Assembly (NCBI GenBank): GCA_963823665.1
Contig: CAWGMQ010000010.1
Coordinates: forward strand, 992,001 to 1,056,000
DNA length: 64,000 nt
Direction: 5' to 3'
From: an uncultured Planctomycetota bacterium
Lineage (GTDB): Bacteria; Planctomycetota; Planctomycetia; Isosphaerales; Isosphaeraceae
In this document: piece after piece, positions 58,206-64,000 of the stretch
Layout: each line of letters opens with the position of its first letter
How positions within the stretch are numbered: position 1 is the stretch's first letter
Notes under the pieces: generated by a model
Database searches by the model: none
Seen by the model: only the letters and a program-made list of their open reading frames with translations
Told to the model about the DNA's origin: nothing
Program-made: the position numbers and the translations under genes

Positions 58206-61200
58206 TCAATCGGGAAACAATCCGAGCTGCTGTTCATACAGGCTGCTCGTGGCCTGGACCGGGGCGCCGCGGCCGGGGTAACCGGGATCCACCAGGATGC
58301 GGATTTCCACTTCGCGCCAGAAATCGCGCCAGGCCTTGCACTCGTCGGCGGGCAGGGCCGCCAGCTCCTTGGGATCGCAGACGCCGGCCACGTCCTTGTT
58401 TTCGATCCAGCGCCTGTAATACTTGGCGGCACGGCGGCGGGTTTCGCGGCGGTCCGGTGCGAACCGGCGGTACCAGTCGTCGAGGTCGGTGCGGAGCCAG
58501 ACGAGCGCCAAGCCGCGCAGGCGGGCGCGCTCGGCCGGGCCAGGCGAGGGGACGTCGCGGGACCGGCCGGTGCCGGCGATCGCGGCGGCGCGCGCCGCGT
58601 CCATCACGTGGGACTCGCCCTGCACGTGAGGAAGGTGTGGGTCGGCCGCCAGGGCTTCAACGTAAAGGCGGACGGCCCCGGCACCCCAGCCGTAGCGGTG
58701 GCAAAGCCTGATGAACTGCCGGCGCTCGAGATTATCCCGGGCAGACGCCTCTCCGTTGAGCACTGATTGAAGACGCACGATTTCCTCGGCTTGCTCCAAT
58801 GCTCCCTGCATGTCGGCGGCCTCGGGCGAGCCGCTTTTGGCACGGGCAGCCGCCTCGCCGAGGGCGCGGACGGCGCCTGCACCGTCGCCCTGGCGGATCT
58901 GAAGAAGTCCAGCGGCGTACCATTCGAGTGCGTCATTCGGATGCTCCGGATGGACGACATGAGGCAGAGCTTCTGCCAGTGCGATGCGAATCTTCGCAGC
59001 GTGGCGGGGCATGAGCTGGATTGCGGCCTGGTATTCCGGGATCGCCTGCTCCCATCGGCCTCTGGCCGCATGGAGATGACCCAGTGTGAAATGGGCATAG
59101 CCGTGGTTGGGCGCGATTCGCACGGCTTCTCGCAGCTCGGTCTCGGCCTCGGCGTGCTCGCCGAGGATCTCCAGAAGCTCGCCGCGCCGCAGCCTGGCCG
59201 TCGCTGAGTTGGGCCGCAGCGCGACGGCCGTCGTCACGAAGGTGATGGCCCGTTGCGGCCGATAGGGGCGCAAGCTCAGGAAGAGTGAGAGATCGAGATT
59301 GATCCAGTAGTCGTCGGGATGGGCGCGGCGGGCCCTTGCCATTGCATCAACGGCGCGCTCGGTCTGGTCATCCCAGACAAGCAGGCGGCCCAGCAGCCAG
59401 AGGCTTGGAGGCGGACGGCTCTCCAGGTCGTCCGAGTCGGCCAGGCGAGCCAGGGCGTCACTGTCCTTGGCCGCGAGGCTGTTTCGCAGCGCGATGCGCC
59501 ACGGGTCGGGATCGGCAGCCCGCGCGACACGCAGAGGAACCTGCCAGGCACCGGCGGGTCGGATACCGTCGCCTTCAAGGTCGCGCAGGACGATGGCCCA
59601 GCAGTCGAGCGCGGCAATCACCTGGAGCGTGACCTCGGCGGGCCAGGACGCGATCGTGCCTGCGACGTCGGCCGGCGCGGCGTCTTCGAGGCGCAGCTCA
59701 GCCTCCTGGAACGATTCCTCGAAGAGCGTGTCGGCTCGAGCCAGGTCATGATCGTCCGCTCGGTCGCATGCGATCTCGAGCCGATCGAGCAACCCGCGGA
59801 TCCGCTGGGCCCGGGCCAGCCCGTACTCGATCTGGCCGCGCGTTGCGGCCAGCCGTTCATGGATCGATTCCGGCGCATCGGCCAGCAGCAGGCTGGCGCG
59901 GCGGAGCGTGTCTCCGGCAGTGACCCAGCGAGCAGGGTCGCAGGATGGATCGACCTCCGCCGCGTCGCGGAGCATCTCCACCTCTCGGAGCACGAGCGCC
60001 GCGCCGGTCTCTCGTGCGTGCCGCCGCTGTAGCCAGCCGGCGTATGTGCTCGCACCCAGCACAGCCAGCAGGATGCACAGCACCGCAAGGATCGCGGTGA
60101 GCCGGCCACGCTTGCGCTCTTCGACGGCGCGTGCTTGGGCTTCGATGCGGGCGAGCTCGGCCGCGCGGAGCCGGGTTTCGACTTCGCCCAGGTAGCTCGA
60201 CAGCCGCGCCGCCACGATGCCGGCGCAGCGAGGACGGCCATTGCGGTCGGTTGCCAGGCAGTCGCGGACCAGGTCGATAAGGTCGGTGTCCGCGCCGCAC
60301 GTCTCCAGGGCCAGCAGTGCCGGCGCGAGCTCGCCGCGCGCAGCCTGGTGTCGGATCTCGTCCGGCGAGGAGCCCTCGTAGACTGGCCGTCCGGTCAGGA
60401 TCTCGCTCAATACCGCTCCGAGGGCGAAGACGTCCGCCCGTTCATCGACGGATCCTTCCTCGGCCTCAAACTGCTCGGGAGCCATGTAGGCGGGAGTGCC
60501 CATGACCAGGCGTTCGCGCATCCGCACCCCGGAATCAGGCAGAACGCGGCTGCTCGATCGACGGCTCCCGGCTGCATCGGCATCCGCGTCGTCCCGGCGG
60601 GTCGAAACCTTGGCCAGACCCCAGTCCATCACCATGACTTCGCCGTGCCGCCCCACCATGATGTTGGACGGCTTCAAGTCGCGGTGGATCACGCTCCGCT
60701 CGTGCGCGTATCCGATTGCGTCGGCAACGCGCAGGAAGATTCTCAGGAGTTGAGCGCGGTCCGCCGCCTGGGCCGATCGGTCGGCAAGGATCTCGGCCAA
60801 GGTACTGCCCCTGACCAGCTTCATGGTGAAGAACGGCCGGCGATCGGCGAGGATGCCGAGCTCGTGGACGGGAACGACTCCAGGGTGCTGAAGCTGCCCG
60901 GCGATCCGCGCTTCGGCCACGAAGCGATCGATCATGTTGGGGTGATCGCGATGTTTGTCGTGCAGCACCTTGATGGCGATGTCCCGGCCGAGCTCCGTGT
61001 CATGGCCCAGCAGCACGATGCCCATCCCGCCGCGAGCGATCTCGCCGAGGATGAACAAGCGGCGCCCCGGTTCCGCGAGCTTGGCACCCTGCAAACTCCA
61101 CTTGTCTCCGGCGTACGCGGCGATGTCGCCGATCTCGATCGCGGTGACGTCGGTACGAAGCCGCTCGCCTACGACGCCGTTCGGCTCCGCTCGATCTGCG

Positions 61201-61349
61201 CCCAACGACACGGCATCCTCCATGCTGTCGAGAGAGGGAGGATCCTCTTCGTCCAAGCCCAGCCGCATCAAGCAGAGCGGGCAAATGCCCGCGGGCGAAT
61301 CGGCGGGCCGTGGTGTACCACACGTCGGGCAGGGATCGGTCTCCACCAT
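58206..61349 (-). CDS. Ser/Thr protein kinase with N-terminal CxxC..CxxC, one TM helix and C-terminal TPRs
   Basis: CPTC..CPLC; IARGGMGIV, IAIK, HRDLKPSN, DWGLAK, GTPAYMAPE and DVFALG; TPR-like helices after the TM. Confidence 0.92.
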   Translation of the reverse strand: MVETDPCPTCGTPRPADSPAGICPLCLMRLGLDEEDPPSLDSMEDAVSLGADRAEPNGVVGERLRTDVTAIEIGDIAAYAGDKWSLQGAKLAEPGRRLFILGEIARGGMGIVLLGHDTELGRDIAIKVLHDKHRDHPNMIDRFVAEARIAGQLQHPGVVPVHELGILADRRPFFTMKLVRGSTLAEILADRSAQAADRAQLLRIFLRVADAIGYAHERSVIHRDLKPSNIMVGRHGEVMVMDWGLAKVSTRRDDADADAAGSRRSSSRVLPDSGVRMRERLVMGTPAYMAPEQFEAEEGSVDERADVFALGAVLSEILTGRPVYEGSSPDEIRHQAARGELAPALLALETCGADTDLIDLVRDCLATDRNGRPRCAGIVAARLSSYLGEVETRLRAAELARIEAQARAVEERKRGRLTAILAVLCILLAVLGASTYAGWLQRRHARETGAALVLREVEMLRDAAEVDPSCDPARWVTAGDTLRRASLLLADAPESIHERLAATRGQIEYGLARAQRIRGLLDRLEIACDRADDHDLARADTLFEESFQEAELRLEDAAPADVAGTIASWPAEVTLQVIAALDCWAIVLRDLEGDGIRPAGAWQVPLRVARAADPDPWRIALRNSLAAKDSDALARLADSDDLESRPPPSLWLLGRLLVWDDQTERAVDAMARARRAHPDDYWINLDLSLFLSLRPYRPQRAITFVTTAVALRPNSATARLRRGELLEILGEHAEAETELREAVRIAPNHGYAHFTLGHLHAARGRWEQAIPEYQAAIQLMPRHAAKIRIALAEALPHVVHPEHPNDALEWYAAGLLQIRQGDGAGAVRALGEAAARAKSGSPEAADMQGALEQAEEIVRLQSVLNGEASARDNLERRQFIRLCHRYGWGAGAVRLYVEALAADPHLPHVQGESHVMDAARAAAIAGTGRSRDVPSPGPAERARLRGLALVWLRTDLDDWYRRFAPDRRETRRRAAKYYRRWIENKDVAGVCDPKELAALPADECKAWRDFWREVEIRILVDPGYPGRGAPVQATSSLYEQQLGLFPD

Positions 61350-61415
61350 GGCAAAGCTCGCTCGTGCCGACGAATACCTGCTGTTCTCTGTAAGGGCGGA
61401 TTCCCACCGATCGTG

Positions 61416-62249
61416 TCAATCCTGCGGAGTCTTGGCTTTGGCCGGCTCGCCCGAGGTCGTGGGGGCCTTTGCTCCCTCAACGTTGGTCGTCGGGCTCGTT
61501 GCAGGTAGCTTCTCGCCCAGAGCTGCCAGGGCTTCCTGGGCAACCTTGGTGGGGTATGCTTCGGGATGGCCGCCGGCCATCTCTTTGAGTATCGCGACGG
61601 CGTCGGGTGTGTGAATGTGCTCCAGCAGCACGATGGCGCGAACGGCGCGGGTCCACTTCTTCTTGAGATTGCCTCGGAAACCGCGCGAGTTGATCAGTTC
61701 GACGCGATGCTCGGCCCACCACGACCCGCGGACCCCCCTGGCCGTCTTGGCGGAGAAATTGAAACCCGTCCCCACGGATCTGATCTGAATGTCTTCTCTC
61801 TCTTTCAAGGTATCGGGGTCGTATCCGCTCAGTATCTCGACCAGGCGACGGCGCACGGGGATTTCGGTGTAACGATCCATCAAGGTTTGAAGATCAATTG
61901 CAAGCCGGGGATCAAAGTACTCGAGCTCTTCGAAGGCGGGCTTCCAGAGTGCCTCGTTTTCGTTGCCCAGCTTGAGGAGCAGAGCCTTCACCTCGCCGGA
62001 CGAGATTTTGAGGGGTTTCAGCTTCGTTTTGAGGAAGCTGACGGCCTCCTTCGGGTGGTCGGCGAGTTTGAGCAACGCGCGCGTGGCGGCGGTTTCATCC
62101 TTCTCAAGGTCGGCCCAGTAGCCCTCCAACTGCTTCGGTTGCGCGGACGGGTCGTCGTCGCCAGATGAGCTCGCTGCGAGTGATGCGAGCGTCGCCAACC
62201 CCAATACGGCGGCCGTCAAGGCGGTGACCGTGCCTCGGAGAGTGAGCAT
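61416..62249 (-). CDS. Secreted hypothetical helical (HEAT-like) protein
   Basis: Signal peptide; YWADLE..ALLKLA..AVSFLK.KLKP and RAVRAIVLLEHIHTPDAVAILKEMA. Confidence 0.7.
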   Translation of the reverse strand: MLTLRGTVTALTAAVLGLATLASLAASSSGDDDPSAQPKQLEGYWADLEKDETAATRALLKLADHPKEAVSFLKTKLKPLKISSGEVKALLLKLGNENEALWKPAFEELEYFDPRLAIDLQTLMDRYTEIPVRRRLVEILSGYDPDTLKEREDIQIRSVGTGFNFSAKTARGVRGSWWAEHRVELINSRGFRGNLKKKWTRAVRAIVLLEHIHTPDAVAILKEMAGGHPEAYPTKVAQEALAALGEKLPATSPTTNVEGAKAPTTSGEPAKAKTPQD

Positions 62250-62542
62250 GGCCTGGGTTCTCCACACTTCCGCGCGGCGATAATGCCGGGGATTGTTTGC
62301 GCAACCGATGAATCGTCGGAGCAAAGCCGTCGCACTTCACATTGGATCGGCTGGAGCGGTTATCAGCAAGTCCCGAGCGAGCGAAAGACGTTTCGACCAC
62401 CAGGGCTGGAAGCGTTCCGGGACGTGGAATCTCCTGTCCGTCGAGTTGAACTTGCGGCGCGGTGACGACAAACTACGTTTGAGGGTATGCGGGCAGGTCG
62501 AGGTCGACGCGACCGTGCCCAGGGCGAAGCCGGGGAGCGAGC

Positions 62543-62950
62543 ATGAATCGCGTCGAAGTTCATCTCTGGGTCGCCGGCGTATTGCAGTGGCTGATCGCCT
62601 CGAGCAACCTCTTCGCCGCGCGGATCTTCGCCTACCGTGCGGAGATTGCCAAGCTGTCGCCATTCGTCCGCGAGGTCTTCATCGTTCAGAACATCTACAT
62701 CATGGCCATTGTTTCAATGTTCGGCATCGTGAGCATCGTATTTGCCTCGGAGCTGGCCGGCGGGTCTGGGTTGGGCCGGTTCCTGAGCGGCTTTCTGGCG
62801 GTCTTCTGGGGCGGCCGGATCATCATCCAGCTCTTCTTCTACGATCAAGAGGTCAAGCGCAGCCGGCCGATCGCGAACGTGTTGTTTCTCGCCACCTTCA
62901 TCTACCTCTGCAGCGTTTTCACCGTGGCCTGCGTGCGCCACAATCAATGA
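62543..62950 (+). CDS. Hypothetical membrane protein (4 TM)
   Basis: Four hydrophobic helices; FWGGRIIIQLFFYD is paralogous to the next gene. Confidence 0.75.
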   Translation: MNRVEVHLWVAGVLQWLIASSNLFAARIFAYRAEIAKLSPFVREVFIVQNIYIMAIVSMFGIVSIVFASELAGGSGLGRFLSGFLAVFWGGRIIIQLFFYDQEVKRSRPIANVLFLATFIYLCSVFTVACVRHNQ

Positions 62951-62962
62951 AGAGGGGGTTTC

Positions 62963-63400
62963 GTGCCGATAGCCATTCCCTGGCATGGGCTGCTGGTAGG
63001 CGCCGGCCTTGCTCAACTGATCCTGGTGGTCGCCAGCCTGGCCATCCCGCGCTTGCTCGAGTGGAAGACCGATCTGGCCAAGCTTCGGCCACTGACGCGG
63101 CAGGTCTTCTGGACTTACGCCGGCTATATCTGGGTGACGAACCTGAGCTTCGGGGTGCTCTCGACGATGACACCAGAGCTTCTGCTGGATGGTTCTCTCC
63201 TGGCGAGATTCGTGTGCGGTTTCATCGCGGTCTACTGGGGGGCGAGGGTGGTGATTCAGTTTGCCTACTTCGACCGGAGTGACGTGCCCAAGGGGCTGTT
63301 CTTCGTCGTGGCAGAAATTGCGCTGGTCACCCTGTTCGCCGGCCTGACGGTCATCTACGGCGGCCTCGTGCTCCGGGCCTTCGGAAGCCTGGGGTCATGA
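62963..63400 (+). CDS. Hypothetical membrane protein (4 TM), paralog of the previous gene
   Basis: LxPLTRQVFW.Y..YI and YWGARVVIQFAYFD mirror LSPFVREVFIVQNIYI and FWGGRIIIQLFFYD. Confidence 0.75.
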   Translation: MPIAIPWHGLLVGAGLAQLILVVASLAIPRLLEWKTDLAKLRPLTRQVFWTYAGYIWVTNLSFGVLSTMTPELLLDGSLLARFVCGFIAVYWGARVVIQFAYFDRSDVPKGLFFVVAEIALVTLFAGLTVIYGGLVLRAFGSLGS

Positions 63401-64000
63401 GCGCGTACTGGCCGCTCCATGCGGTGGATGTCGGCGGCACGGTCGCTCTGCTGGCGACAGTCATCCTTCTTGGTTTTGTTGTTGCGCGGGTGAGGCCGTT
63501 CTGGTTTGCGCGGGTTTGTGCCTGGGCTCTGACCGTGGCGGGCGTGGTGGCCTCGGAGCGATTGAATCGAGAGGAGCCGGCGGGGTTCCGCATGCTGGCG
63601 ATCATCGGCGCGCTGCTCTACGGCATGAAGGCCGTTGTCTCGGTCGAGGTGCAAGCTCAGGGAGGCCGGCCGCTCGCGTTCGCCCGGTGGATCGGCTTCG
63701 CCGCGCTCTGGCCCGGAATGCGGCCGGGGCCGTTCGCTCGTCGCGCCGCGGCGGCGTCGTTACCGGGCGTCCGGCGGCTCTTGATGGGTGGGGCGGCGCG
63801 GTTGCTCGCGGGCGTGGCGATGGTCGTCCTGGCGCGGCTGGCCTGGGTGCTCACGTCGTCCAGGCTGGTGGCCACGCCGCCACTTCTGGTGGGGCTCAGC
63901 TTGATTGTCCACTTCGGCGTGTTCGACTTGCTTGCCGCGGCCTGGCGATGGCAGGGCGTCGATTGTCAGCGACTGTTCCGCTCTCCGCTTCGATCGACCA
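63397..64000 (+). CDS. Membrane-bound O-acyltransferase (wax synthase/MBOAT_2-like), truncated by the window end
   Basis: ATGA overlap at 63397; open to the end of the window; ..WPGMRP..GLSLIVHFGVFDLL..W..GVDC..LFRSPLRST, the pattern that precedes the SL.EFW motif in this family. Confidence 0.65.
   Translation, partial: MSAYWPLHAVDVGGTVALLATVILLGFVVARVRPFWFARVCAWALTVAGVVASERLNREEPAGFRMLAIIGALLYGMKAVVSVEVQAQGGRPLAFARWIGFAALWPGMRPGPFARRAAAASLPGVRRLLMGGAARLLAGVAMVVLARLAWVLTSSRLVATPPLLVGLSLIVHFGVFDLLAAAWRWQGVDCQRLFRSPLRST

Noticed and set aside
2894..61508. Long antisense or alternate-frame ORFs (e.g. 2894..4228, 9654..10916, 26671..28491, 45655..47433, 60135..61508)
   Set aside because: Shadow ORFs expected in high-GC DNA opposite well-supported genes; no recognisable motifs.

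Overview
GC-rich bacterial chromosomal DNA, most likely from a planctomycete (Isosphaerales-like). This is inferred from planctomycete-type export leaders, membrane-anchored ECF sigma factors, ECF/Ser-Thr kinase pairs, an ASPIC/UnbV protein and Uma2 genes. About 35 genes are present: many secreted hydrolases (M14, S46, zincin, penicillin acylase, amidase, serine hydrolase), a DeaD helicase, ergothioneine genes egtB/egtD abutting a betaine-class ABC importer, three ECF sigma factors and two kinases. Nine genes are broken by about 17 single-base frameshifts, probably long-read consensus errors. The most interesting loci are: (1) a three-gene operon encoding an exported GH24 lysozyme-like protein (altered active site, Tyr-rich segment, polyglycine tract), a TPR-sulfotransferase and an exported cadherin-like repeat protein (40622-47820); (2) a coupled HExxH metallopeptidase plus pseudokinase-DUF4011-SF1 helicase-nuclease pair that resembles an extended Hhe-type anti-phage system (10813-17195); (3) a 2.1-kb non-coding stretch holding a duplicated ~600-bp element with a conserved structured core and different nested REP-like hairpins (35050-37100). 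No rRNA, tRNA, CRISPR array, transposase or integrase was recognised. All family calls come from motif reading by eye, not database searches.
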